The notes: a model not told the origin generated them from the sequence alone. Shown: positions 1-9,337, numbered from the stretch's first letter. The stretch is 33,752 nucleotides of DNA from an uncultured Chlamydiae bacterium (GCA_937899275.1 CALBPE010000025.1:1-33752), one strand, 5' to 3'. Translations and numbers: made by a program.

Positions 1-831
1 AACCATAGCGTGGCTTTTGCTGATCTTTGCTGAAATCTTATGCAGATAGTCTCTTCTTGTCCTTGCCATCTGTTCATGCAGGGAGCTGATTTTTCTTCTC
101 TGCTTTTTCCAGTTAGCAGAAAATTTACTTTTCTTTGCCAAGCGGCGTTGATAGCGCTTTAATTTGGCTTGTAGCTTTCCAAAGCAGTTTAACGGCTGAA
201 ATACTTCTCCATTCGAAAGAGTCGCAAACCTCTTGATGCCCATATCGATTCCTACAATGGACCTGGAGGAATCCGGGGAGGAATGCAGGGAGGAATGCGG
301 GGAAATTTCTTGTTCATACTCTGTCTGGATGGAGATGTACCAATATTTCCCTTTCCGAGAAAGGGTGATGTTTTTTGGAGTGCCCTTGATCGAGCGGCTT
401 TTCCTGTAGCTTACCCATCCAATCTTGGGAAGGAAAACTCTCCTATTTGCCTCGTCAAGCTTGCATCCCTGTGGATACCGAAGGGTGTCGCACATTGCCT
501 TTCGTTTGTATTTTGGAATACGCTTCAATGGCTGCTTTTTATCGAAGGCGTCTTTAAACGCTCTATCAAGGTCGCGTAGCTTTTGCTGTAAAGCTTGTGA
601 CGGAGACTCTTTTAAGAATCCATACTCCTGTGATTTCTTCCATAGAGAAAGCCAAAAGCACATCTCCGCATACCAGATGAGGTTTTGCTTGTTTTCCAGG
701 CGAGCGATGTTCAGGGCAAGCATTTTGTTCCATAGGAAACGACTAGCCCCAACATAGTTTGCTAAATGAGCTTCTATGCCCGCGCTCGGTTTTAACCTAA
801 ACAAAAAACCCCTGCGAAATAGTTTTTTCAT
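1..831 (-). CDS. tnpB: RNA-guided endonuclease TnpB, N-terminal 277 aa (runs off window; missing from ORF track)
   Basis: My translation: MKKLFRRGFLFRLKPSAG..GASRFLWNKMLA..SQALQQKLRDLDRAFKDAF..IPKYKRK..VFLPKIGWV..KNITLSRKGKYWYISIQTE..IVGIDMGIKRFATLSNG..NWKKQRRKISSLHEQMARTRRDYLHKISAKISKSHAMV. Open throughout, with the RuvC-I motif GIDMG. Confidence 0.93.
   Translation of the reverse strand, partial: MKKLFRRGFLFRLKPSAGIEAHLANYVGASRFLWNKMLALNIARLENKQNLIWYAEMCFWLSLWKKSQEYGFLKESPSQALQQKLRDLDRAFKDAFDKKQPLKRIPKYKRKAMCDTLRYPQGCKLDEANRRVFLPKIGWVSYRKSRSIKGTPKNITLSRKGKYWYISIQTEYEQEISPHSSLHSSPDSSRSIVGIDMGIKRFATLSNGEVFQPLNCFGKLQAKLKRYQRRLAKKSKFSANWKKQRRKISSLHEQMARTRRDYLHKISAKISKSHAMV
265..300. repeat. 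3 x 12-bp imperfect tandem repeat within tnpB (PHSS-LHSS-PDSS)
   Basis: ggaggaatccgg / ggaggaatgcag / ggaggaatgcgg. In frame, just before the RuvC-I motif. Confidence 0.85.
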
Positions 832-880
832 GAGTACGATTATAGGAAGTTTTTGACCTGCCTATCAAGTTGTATTTTTC

Positions 881-1059
881 ATGGAAATGAGAAGAGGAAG
901 GCGCAGTCGAGTTTTTACTTTATGCACACTTGGTCTTTGTTACAAAATGTGGAGTCCTCTGGAGCCCCCTGGAGTCCCGGCTATTTTGCAGGTTCTGTAA
1001 GCGGAGCTTCTATTTCTGTGGTTCGCCAATATATTGAACAACAGGAGGAAATTGGGTGA
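881..1059 (+). pseudogene. tnpA: IS200/IS605 Y1 transposase TnpA remnant (frameshifted, central deletion)
   Basis: MEMRRGRRSRVFTL-(shift)-HLVFVTK is joined directly to GVLWSP-(10-bp duplication)-WSPGYFAGSVSGASISVVRQYIEQQ. The N- and C-terminal TnpA motifs are present and the HUH core is missing. Confidence 0.85.
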
Positions 1060-1140
1060 GCTCTACATCCTACGCCTGAAGGAAGAGGCTTTGCGCTCTA
1101 CTTTTGGTAAAAACAGAATTTGCGTATCTATCCATTCTGA

Positions 1141-1174
1141 CCCTAACTCGGGCCTTGACTCAGGCCTTGACTCG
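1141..1174. repeat. Short 12-bp imperfect tandem repeat
   Basis: ccctaactcggg ccttgactcagg ccttgactcg. Confidence 0.55.
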
Positions 1175-1309
1175 ATGTTGTCCGATTGAAAAAATACTGA
1201 AGGTAAAATGAGTAGATACATTAAAACATGCAGAATCTTTACTCCTATGTTAAAGAGCGTACAATTCTGAAGGCAAGAAATACTTTGATCGTTGCAGCAG
1301 TGGATTGTT

Positions 1310-2461
1310 TTACAAGATTTCTTTTTCAGCCCAAGGAAGTTTTAAATGCATGGCTCCAGATTGACGAAGGATATCGATATGATACATTCCAGAAGATTTT
1401 TTTGATAGCTTCGGGCGAAATGTGATCGGGGGAAAAGCGCCCGCAGCATCGGCTTGTAATTTTTTGCACTCAATTTGCCCTTCAAATTCGTAAATGAAGC
1501 TGATTGTTTCGTAGGGCTGCAACCCTTCTACTTTTACATAAAACACCGAATACATAGAGTTGGCTGGTTGGATGCGCGCAGTGGCTCCATCTTTAGCAGT
1601 GGTTGCATCGATGATATCTGCAGTAGGGCTAGAGAGGCTATAAAGCGCTTTATCTCCCCAAGGATACTCTACGCGTAGAGGAGAGCCTTTACGCAGTATA
1701 TCGATCCGGCAGATGCCACCTGATTTACCTACAACTGCTGGCAGACAGGAAATAGGGCCTATGTTACCTTCTGCGTCTGCTTTAATTGGAGTGCTGAGCG
1801 ATTCATGGCAAGATGTAGAAACCCAGCTCATCTGCTCATATGGCTGAAATCCCTTTCCCATAACTCTATAAATAGAATGCTCCAAACTTAAGGCAAACAC
1901 CTGGATTTTTGCGCCATCTTTTGTGCGGCAATCTGCCACTACTATACCTTCTTTTTCATAGACCGCTTCTTTACTTGCTGAAGTGGTTTTTTTAAGAGCT
2001 TCCCGGTACGTTTCTTGGTATGCAGGCTGATCTAAACTATTGCGGCGGTAATATTTGATTTTGCCGTTTTCATATTTGATGCACCCAATTTTTTTGGGAG
2101 ATACTTTGCGCTTATCTTCCCGATAGATAAAAATTTTTACTCCTATCACATCTTTTGGCAGACTGGTTTTATGAACAGAATTTCGGAAAGCTTCTATGGC
2201 GTTTACAGCGAGCTGCCTTGCTTTTTTAAGGTTGATTTCATGATAGTACTGTAGACCAATCGAACACTTAGGCATATCCTGCATTTTACGGCTACTGCCG
2301 CTCAAAAGATGGAGATCTTGATAGTCTTTTTGCAAAGAGATAAAAGCGCGCTTACGTATCGAATGTAGATCAGAAAAAGCGGGGCCTGCTCCTAATGAAC
2401 CTACAGATAAGAAAAAATACAAAGAGAATACACCCACAAAAATCATAGAAAAACGCTTCAT
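1310..2461 (-). CDS. Exported hypothetical protein with a tandemly duplicated ~105-aa C-terminal domain
   Basis: Likely start MKRFSMIFVGVFSLYFF (signal-like; the ORF track starts at TTG 2497). Two copies of KDGA..G(F/L)QPYE..ADA.G...PI...P....KS.G...IDILR....(Y/L)PW. Confidence 0.75.
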   Translation of the reverse strand: MKRFSMIFVGVFSLYFFLSVGSLGAGPAFSDLHSIRKRAFISLQKDYQDLHLLSGSSRKMQDMPKCSIGLQYYHEINLKKARQLAVNAIEAFRNSVHKTSLPKDVIGVKIFIYREDKRKVSPKKIGCIKYENGKIKYYRRNSLDQPAYQETYREALKKTTSASKEAVYEKEGIVVADCRTKDGAKIQVFALSLEHSIYRVMGKGFQPYEQMSWVSTSCHESLSTPIKADAEGNIGPISCLPAVVGKSGGICRIDILRKGSPLRVEYPWGDKALYSLSSPTADIIDATTAKDGATARIQPANSMYSVFYVKVEGLQPYETISFIYEFEGQIECKKLQADAAGAFPPITFRPKLSKKSSGMYHIDILRQSGAMHLKLPWAEKEIL

Positions 2462-2564
2462 GAAATACCTCAATATGTTTTTGTGTAGTTTTAACAATGC
2501 AAGGTTATTGAAGCTATAAAAATATCGAAATAGCAGACGATTTTTTCTAATAAATTTTAGTATA

Positions 2565-3848
2565 CTAAGGGGGCCCTGGAAGAGCTTTTATTGGTATATC
2601 TTTTAAGTACCACATGAAATTCTGAAAGATCTTGTTCATCTGAACACGAAATTTTTGCACTAACTCGCTTTGTTTTTCTATCGATTCAGTTCGGTTGATT
2701 TTTCTTTCATAGGATTCGCGTAGTTTCTTATCCTCTGCAAGAGCTCTATGAATACAGTAAATATAAATCAGAGATATCACAGCATAAATAAGCGCAAGTA
2801 AACCGCAAGATACAATAGTCAATACTACCTTCCATGTAGATACTTTTAGGGTAACAGCCCGCTTTTGCCAGCTCTTTACCTCATCTTTAAAAGGTTGGAG
2901 AGCAGGCAGTCGGATTTTTTTCAAATGCGCCTGTAAATTACCCAGTCCAATGCGCCCCGCCGCTTCCATGCTGATACCTCTAGAAGGAAAAAGCCAGTTC
3001 CAAATACCGGGGCGTTTTATAGCTTCAAGACCTACAGGCTCTAAATCAACAATGGCAATGCGGGACTTTTTTTCGCTTGTTACGCATATATTGCCAAACC
3101 GAGCATCGACAATGCCGATGATCATAATCAATCGACAGATCTTTTGGGCAAAGAGCTGCTGCTCTTTCCGGGGCATACCTGCAATCTTCTCTACGGTTTC
3201 TGTCGAATTTAATATATTCAAACGCTCGCAAACAGCAACATACTTTTTTTTAGGGTCTGTTTCTTGATCACTACCTGGCAGAGTAACCAGCTTGATTGTT
3301 GGGATCACCACTTCCTGTTCCAGACCTAACTGCTGTACAGCTTTTTTAGCCCGTTCAGCTACAAAAGGCCGTAAAAGTCCTGCTTCTGGTGTGAACTGCG
3401 TACGCTCTTGAAAAACAGGGCCTATCATAGGTCGAAATTGCCACTCTTCATTTTCCGGTATTCTCCTACCGCAAGACTTGAGGAAATACCCCGGTAAATT
3501 CGGATGTGAAAGAACGCTGTAATGCTTAGATACTTGCTTCTGTTTTTGATCATACACTTCTTTTACTGACTCCAATCGAAAACCACAGTTCTCCAAAAAA
3601 GCATTACGGAGTAAGACTACGTTTAGTTCGTAGCTAAGCGAAGAGCCCAAGATACGTTTTACCGCGGGATTGTCGGTGATTTTTTGTACTTTTTTTGCTA
3701 AAGGATCTGTGCTTTTTAGTAGATGCGGTTTTAACCCATGAAGATCATCCGGATCTAAAGAAACAGGAGGAAGATAAGTGGAGTTCCAATAACAACTGAG
3801 GAAAGCCTCTTCAAACGTAGGTAGTAGGTCAAAATCGGTAGGAACCAT
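2565..3848 (-). CDS. Hypothetical protein, atypical kinase-like fold with C-terminal membrane anchor and coiled coil
   Basis: 427-aa ORF with motifs PGYFLK, GIVDARFGNI (DxxxxN) and IAIVDLEP. The hydrophobic stretch VVLTIVSCGLLALIYAVISLIYIYCI is followed by a charged helix. Confidence 0.6.
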   Translation of the reverse strand: MVPTDFDLLPTFEEAFLSCYWNSTYLPPVSLDPDDLHGLKPHLLKSTDPLAKKVQKITDNPAVKRILGSSLSYELNVVLLRNAFLENCGFRLESVKEVYDQKQKQVSKHYSVLSHPNLPGYFLKSCGRRIPENEEWQFRPMIGPVFQERTQFTPEAGLLRPFVAERAKKAVQQLGLEQEVVIPTIKLVTLPGSDQETDPKKKYVAVCERLNILNSTETVEKIAGMPRKEQQLFAQKICRLIMIIGIVDARFGNICVTSEKKSRIAIVDLEPVGLEAIKRPGIWNWLFPSRGISMEAAGRIGLGNLQAHLKKIRLPALQPFKDEVKSWQKRAVTLKVSTWKVVLTIVSCGLLALIYAVISLIYIYCIHRALAEDKKLRESYERKINRTESIEKQSELVQKFRVQMNKIFQNFMWYLKDIPIKALPGPP

Positions 3849-3936
3849 AATCTAATCGGAAAAAACTCACACAAGTTACTGTGTAGGAAAATACTTTACA
3901 ATATTTTAATAAAATTTTTTAGGAGAAAAGGCCTTT

Positions 3937-5064
3937 TTATCTGAAATCAGGAGTAAATTTGCCATTTTCTAAAATGCTTTGTCCATCTGCTTTAATCTTA
4001 CCATCTTCTCGAAGATCAAAAGTAATATCCCAGTGGTGAGAAGAGGCGTTGGTGTTACCGGTTTCGGGATAACCTCTACCCAAAGCTAAATGAAATGTCC
4101 CGCCAAATTTTTCATCAAAAAGGATATTTTTAGTAATACGGTTCATTTGCATATTCGTGCCGATGGCGATTTCACCGACAAATTTCGCTCCTGGATCTTG
4201 AGATAAGATATCGCGTAAAAAGTCTTGCCCTTTTGAAGCATTTGCTTGCACAACTGCACCTTTTTCAAATACCAGCTCTATGTCTCGCACTTCTACGTGT
4301 CTGTAAATCACAGGAAAAGAGTATCTAGCGGTGCCGTTTACTCCTCCATTTTTTGCTTGAAGATTCGGTCCTGTATACACTTCTCCATCGGGGAAATTGC
4401 ATTTACCGCAGCAATTAATCCAACGCATTCCCTCTACATCGACCCATAAGTCTGTACCCATAGCATTGGTAAAATGCAGCTGCTTTTTTTTCGATAAATA
4501 GTCAGTCCACTTTTGCTGTTTTTTTTCAATTTCCCGCCATTTTTCCATCGGATGACAAGCGTCTAAATAACAAAGAGAATAGATAAAGTCGCGGTATTCT
4601 TGCGTACCCATATCAGCTTCTTGTGCAGCTGCAGCTGTAGGAAAATGCGTATAAACCCAGCGCAGTTTTTTTTCCTTTGCTCGCTGCATGATCGTTTCCA
4701 TCAAAGGCTCTTTTGCTTTTGATGCAAGCGCAAGCTTGCTTAAAGGTGCGTTCACAAGAAGTTTGGTATTGCTGTCTGCTCCAATCCTGATGTAGATATC
4801 TGCGTTTTGCACGGCATGCAATAAACCCATAGGAGGATTTTTTACTACGCTTTCTGGAGCATGGCGCATCTGGATTTCTGCAAAGTACGCAGGGGTAATA
4901 TATAGATCGACAGATACCCCTTTTTTCATGAGCTTTTCGTAACACGCCTCAATTAATTCCATCGCCTCGATATCGCCGTGGAGAATCGCTGTTTGTCCTG
5001 GCATTGCCTCTACAGAAAAATCAATAAGGACCTCAGCCCATTTGTGTAATGCGGAGTATATCAT
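3937..5064 (-). CDS. Aminopeptidase, peptidase M29 (AmpS/AmpT, aminopeptidase II family)
   Basis: NFPDGEVYTGP, GEIAIGTN, LFDEKFGGTFHLALGRGYPE and HWD motifs. Confidence 0.93.
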   Translation of the reverse strand: MIYSALHKWAEVLIDFSVEAMPGQTAILHGDIEAMELIEACYEKLMKKGVSVDLYITPAYFAEIQMRHAPESVVKNPPMGLLHAVQNADIYIRIGADSNTKLLVNAPLSKLALASKAKEPLMETIMQRAKEKKLRWVYTHFPTAAAAQEADMGTQEYRDFIYSLCYLDACHPMEKWREIEKKQQKWTDYLSKKKQLHFTNAMGTDLWVDVEGMRWINCCGKCNFPDGEVYTGPNLQAKNGGVNGTARYSFPVIYRHVEVRDIELVFEKGAVVQANASKGQDFLRDILSQDPGAKFVGEIAIGTNMQMNRITKNILFDEKFGGTFHLALGRGYPETGNTNASSHHWDITFDLREDGKIKADGQSILENGKFTPDFR

Positions 5065-5070
5065 GATCTT

Positions 5071-5772
5071 TTAGGTCTGTTGTTGGTTTCTTTTTTCATT
5101 TTTTACAACGCCATCATTGATTTCAATGATCCGATCAGCAAAATCAAAAATTCTAGGATCGTGGGTTACAATCACCTGCGTACAGCGGTCTTTTTCCTGA
5201 ATTTTTTTCAGAAGCTGCATCACGTTTTCTCCATTTTCATGATCTAAAAAGCTCGTCGGCTCATCGCATAAAATGATTTTGGGCCGGTGCACACATCCCC
5301 TTGCAATCGATACCCTTTGCATCTGTCCTCCAGAAAATCTAGTGGGGTATTCTTCAGCTCGATCGCCTAGCCCAAGGCTTTGTAGCATCTCGATCGAACG
5401 ACTTTTTGCCTCTTGTTTAGAAGCGCCATGAATCAATAAAGGAATGCTCACATTTTCCCAAGCAGTTAAAGAGGGAATCAGATTAAATGACTGGAATACA
5501 AAACCGATGTTCTTTCCGCGAAAAACCGTTTTTTCCTCTTGGCTCATTGCATGTACTGGATTGCCTAGAACGAGGCACTCTCCTTCTGTTTGCGATAAAA
5601 TCCCCGCCATAATCGAAAGAAGCGTTGTTTTTCCAGCACCAGAAGGCCCTACAAGCATTAACAGTTCATTTTCTTGTACAGATACATTGACTTCTTTCAA
5701 TGCTTCAAAAGTGACTCCAGGAGACTTATAGATCTTTTTTACCTGTTTACAGACGATGGTTTCTTGGCTCAT
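5071..5772 (-). CDS. ABC exporter ATP-binding protein (DevA/LolD/MacB-like)
   Basis: Walker A GPSGAGKTT, GFVFQSFNL, FSGGQMQRV, Walker B ILCDEPT, VTHD. Confidence 0.95.
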   Translation of the reverse strand: MSQETIVCKQVKKIYKSPGVTFEALKEVNVSVQENELLMLVGPSGAGKTTLLSIMAGILSQTEGECLVLGNPVHAMSQEEKTVFRGKNIGFVFQSFNLIPSLTAWENVSIPLLIHGASKQEAKSRSIEMLQSLGLGDRAEEYPTRFSGGQMQRVSIARGCVHRPKIILCDEPTSFLDHENGENVMQLLKKIQEKDRCTQVIVTHDPRIFDFADRIIEINDGVVKNEKRNQQQT

Positions 5773-6920
5773 TTAAATACAGCTCCAGGATCCACTTTGG
5801 TGATTTTTCTTAAGCTCACAATCGAAGAAATAGCGCAGATAAAAAACATGGAAAAACCGCTAAGATAAAGCAGCTGCCAAGGTAGTAAAAAAGAAAGATT
5901 GGAGCCGCGAAAAAAATAGCCGAAAAGCGCAGCTCCTCCCACGCCTATTCCCCAACCAATCCATCCTACCCAAACGATTTGCAAAAGAGTCATCCGCAAA
6001 AGGAGCTTATTGCTAGCTCCCATCGCTTTAAATACAGCTAAATACCTGACATTATCCAAGATAAAGTTGTGAAAGGTTTGCCCAGAAATGGCAATAGCGA
6101 TGATTAAACCGAGAAGGACAGCTACACCAAAATTTAACGGTATGCCTGTATTTTCTAGATAATAGTTGATCGTAAGATCCTCGAACTCTCGAGAAGTATA
6201 CGCGATAAGCCCTGTGTTTTTGGTAATCCGCTGGCACAAATTTTATGGAGATAATCCTTTTTCTGATTAAACCAAAACAAATGAAAGGAGCTTTGAGTCA
6301 GGGGGGGCAAAAAAAAGCGCTCTTGTATACGTTGTGTAGATGATCGGCTGCGACCGAAAGTTACGCGTATTTTTACAAATAGCTTGTACAACAGCGCGAT
6401 GATCGTTTAGCTCGATGGTATCACCTATTTTTAAAGGGATTTTTCTCCCATCAGGCATTTCCACAGCCAGTCTATCGCTGGCTCCTACTGCATTTACGAT
6501 GATTCCATCTGTTTTTTTAATATCTTCGATAGAGCCTTGAATAAATTGAGGAGGTCCTCCAATTAACGTACTATCATCGATACCAATCACATTGCAAATT
6601 GCAAAAGCGCCTGTACTTAATTTTGCTTTAATTTTTCCTTTGTATAAAGGCACAGCCCAGCGTACACCTGCTATGCTTTTTACCCGAAAAAGATCGGTAT
6701 CTTTTAAAGGCTGAATCTCATCTACATAGCGTACCTTGGGATCCATCACCCATATATCTGGCTGCGATGTATCGGTGATTAAGCCGTAGGTTCTACTCAT
6801 CAGCCCAAGAAAAATACCTGCTTGTTGTGTGATGATAAATGATCCAAAGCTAAGAGCCCAGATGATGCCATAATACTTTAGCTTTTCTCCAATCAACATT
6901 TTGATCGCATATCTTAACAA
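5769..6920 (-). CDS. ABC exporter permease (FtsX/MacB/DevC-like), 383 codons, interrupted by two in-frame TAA
   Basis: ORF-track pieces 6267-6920 and 5769-6239 share one frame: ..LLSFVLV*SEKGLSP*NLCQRITKNTG.. (stops at 6267-6269 and 6243-6245). Periplasmic core DIWVMDP and FtsX C-terminus AVFKAMGAS..KVDPGAVFK. Confidence 0.85.
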
Positions 6921-8329
6921 GACCAGCCTCCGCCAAGGGCTTTATAAAGAGCTACAAGCTCTTTTGCAGCAGCTCTTTTAGCAGAAACGCTGCGTCTTTT
7001 TTGTGTCAAAAGTCGGTTTTGCACTTCTGCGTAGGCAAAAAAGCTATGTATCCCTGTAAGATACGCATCTTTTTCTAAATGCATTTCTCTTTTTGCAGCG
7101 TTTAACGCCTCATCTCGAAACGAATTTGCTAAGGTGGCTTGTAGATAAGAAGCAAGTGCATTTTCTACATCTTCTATAGCTAAAAGAACCTGGTTTTCAT
7201 ACGTGTGTAAAGCAGCTTTTAGCTCAGCATTTCTCGCATCGATTTTCCCTAAAGTCTGGCCAAAACGAAACACAGGTAGCACCATCGACGGGCCAATTGT
7301 CCAAGACCTACTTCCCACATCAAACCATTTACTGAGCTTATTTGCATTCAAACCTGCATATGCTGTAAGCGAAAAAGAGGGAAAAAGCTCTGCAACAGAA
7401 GAGCCTACAAGGGCGGCTGCTTTAGCGAGCTCTTTTTCTGCTTTTCTTACATCAGGCCTTCTCTGAAGAAGAGAAGAAGGCATACCTACCTTCACAAGAA
7501 AAGGAGCCTTTGGTACAGATGCTATCTTTTGGATACGCGTAAAAAGGGAAGAGTTTTTATCAGGCATTTCCCCTAAAAGTAGCGCTAGTTTGTGTAACTG
7601 CTTCTTTTGGTTTTTTTCTACTTCCGTGCACATTTCTTGCACATCTACAAGAGCAATTTTTTCTTTTTCCAGCGCTCTTTCATTTTGTAGACCTGCATCT
7701 ACTGCAGACTGTATTAAGGTGAGTACTTCTTCTTGTAAAAGGATTTTTTCTCGTAAAACCGCTAAATCCTCCTGCAAAGCGCAAAGGTCGATATAAGTCA
7801 TTGCCACCTCACTGACAAGAGAGATCATTGTAGCTGCAAACTCTTCTTCTTGGCCTAAAATGGTGAAAGCGGCAGCTTCTCGTTCTTTTTTTAACCTACC
7901 AAAAAAATCCAGCTCCCAAAAAGCGTCAAACCCGAGCTGAAAAGAGCTTTGTGTGGAGGGTCCTAAAAAAGAAGCGGTAAATAGATTTTCACTAAATCTT
8001 GAGCGAATAGCGCTTGCAGTCACGTCAATACTCGGCCATAAGCGGCCGCTTACCTGCCGGTAGATAACCCTTGCTTTTTCAATGCGGTCTATGGCAATCA
8101 TCAGATCTTTATTCCCCTCAATTGCAAGGCAAATCAGCTCATCGAGCTGCGGATCATTAAATACATGCCACCAGTCTTTTATATCTATTTCTTCGGAGGA
8201 AAAGGCGTCTTCTGAAAATGCTTTTTTTAGCTGCATATCAGGAACATCCACCTTGGGCCCTACCGTGCAGCTAAAGGTAAATATTAGGATCATAAAGACC
8301 CATTTTTTCCTATAAAAGACTTTGCCCAA
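6914..8329 (-). CDS. Efflux outer-membrane factor lipoprotein (NodT/OprM/TolC family)
   Basis: Lipobox TFSC-TVGP, WWHVFNDPQLDELI, WELDFFG, LLQRRPDVRKAE, LYKALGGGW. Probable TTG start at 8329 after a GGGAG. Confidence 0.92.
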   Translation of the reverse strand: MGKVFYRKKWVFMILIFTFSCTVGPKVDVPDMQLKKAFSEDAFSSEEIDIKDWWHVFNDPQLDELICLAIEGNKDLMIAIDRIEKARVIYRQVSGRLWPSIDVTASAIRSRFSENLFTASFLGPSTQSSFQLGFDAFWELDFFGRLKKEREAAAFTILGQEEEFAATMISLVSEVAMTYIDLCALQEDLAVLREKILLQEEVLTLIQSAVDAGLQNERALEKEKIALVDVQEMCTEVEKNQKKQLHKLALLLGEMPDKNSSLFTRIQKIASVPKAPFLVKVGMPSSLLQRRPDVRKAEKELAKAAALVGSSVAELFPSFSLTAYAGLNANKLSKWFDVGSRSWTIGPSMVLPVFRFGQTLGKIDARNAELKAALHTYENQVLLAIEDVENALASYLQATLANSFRDEALNAAKREMHLEKDAYLTGIHSFFAYAEVQNRLLTQKRRSVSAKRAAAKELVALYKALGGGWSC

Positions 8330-8336
8330 AAGCGCT

Positions 8337-9245
8337 TTACTCCCTTTTTTCCGCCTGAATATATACATCCATGATCTCTCCCACGTATACGGGATAGTCC
8401 GCTTTTTCAAACTGGTAGATCACTTGTAGTACGCGGGTATCGATTCTTTCTATGCTACTACCTGTTAACGCTTTTTTGGGTACTACGTAAGGCTCTACTC
8501 GGACAATATGTAGAGGAATTTTAATAGCGCTATTTCCTCTTACAAAAGCGCATCCAGGGCTATTTGGCTGATATCTCCACGCATCGCTTTCATCGATATC
8601 CACCCGAATATGAAAGACATCTACCTTACCAAAAAGAAGAAGAGAGCGCTCATTTTGCCGAAAAGGATTTTGATCTGCATTTTCTCCAACGCGGATATTT
8701 ACCTGTAGCACCTGCCCTTTAAAAGGGGCTTTGATCAATGACCGTTCTATATCGGTTGTCAGTACCTCTACAGCTTTTTTCTCCGCCTGCATCTGCATCT
8801 TAGCTTCGAGTAAAGCATAAAAACGGATTGCGTAGGCCTCTTCACTTACCGCTCTTTTATCTGTGAGATTTTCATAAAAAGAAAAACGGGCTTTTTCCTT
8901 TTCAAAAAGAGCCTGCGCTTTTTCATAGCGGAAAAGCGCTTCTTGTTTTTCCTTTTCTAATCTTTCTGTATTCAGCTGAAATAAAGGGCTACCCTTTTCA
9001 ACCAGATCACCTGGCCTTACAAAGACCGCTTCCACAATTTCATTAAATGGGGTGCCAATGGAAATATTTTCTGAAGCAGATTCAATAACGCCTGATCCCG
9101 CAATATACGCAGAATAAGGAGGATTAGGTGGAGGATATGCAACCGGAGGTGTAGGCAACCTTCGGCTGGTGTACGCCACCATGTATACACTAAACAAAAT
9201 ACCTAAAAAAGCAATGAGCGGTAGCAACCACTTTCTTATTTGCAT
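8337..9245 (-). CDS. HlyD/MFP-family periplasmic adaptor subunit
   Basis: N-terminal TM, IAGSGVIE, VFVRPGDLVEKGSPLFQL (lipoyl half), IKAPFKGQVLQVNIRVGE. First gene of the 4-gene exporter operon. Confidence 0.92.
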   Translation of the reverse strand: MQIRKWLLPLIAFLGILFSVYMVAYTSRRLPTPPVAYPPPNPPYSAYIAGSGVIESASENISIGTPFNEIVEAVFVRPGDLVEKGSPLFQLNTERLEKEKQEALFRYEKAQALFEKEKARFSFYENLTDKRAVSEEAYAIRFYALLEAKMQMQAEKKAVEVLTTDIERSLIKAPFKGQVLQVNIRVGENADQNPFRQNERSLLLFGKVDVFHIRVDIDESDAWRYQPNSPGCAFVRGNSAIKIPLHIVRVEPYVVPKKALTGSSIERIDTRVLQVIYQFEKADYPVYVGEIMDVYIQAEKRE

Positions 9246-9308
9246 AGATTCCTCCCAACTTCTTAATAAGAAAAATGGAGTTATTCTGCAATCGACTTAG
9301 CTATTCTA

Positions 9309-9337
9309 TTGCAAAACCTTTTGCAGATTTTTAGGAT
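9309..9337 (+). promoter_or_regulatory. Candidate sigma66/sigma70 promoter with an inverted repeat over the -35
   Basis: TTGCAA (9309-9314), 17 nt, TAGGAT (9332-9337). Inverted repeat TGCAAAA-CC-TTTTGCA at 9310-9325. AGGAG precedes ATG 9358. Confidence 0.5.

Larger units (their letters stand above)
1..1106 (-). mobile_element. IS200/IS605-family element (IS605-type divergent tnpA/tnpB), non-autonomous, right end outside window
   Basis: Contains tnpB (- strand) and a divergent tnpA remnant (+). Read on the - strand the boundary is TTAC|CAAAAGTAGAGCGC-AAAG-CCTCTTCC-TTCA-GGCGTAGG. That is a TTAC target (plus 1107-1110), an AAAG guide and an imperfect subterminal hairpin, as in the IS608 left end. 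Confidence 0.85.

Noticed and set aside
283..757. Plus-strand ORFs 283-579 and 425-757
   Set aside because: Antisense shadows of tnpB.
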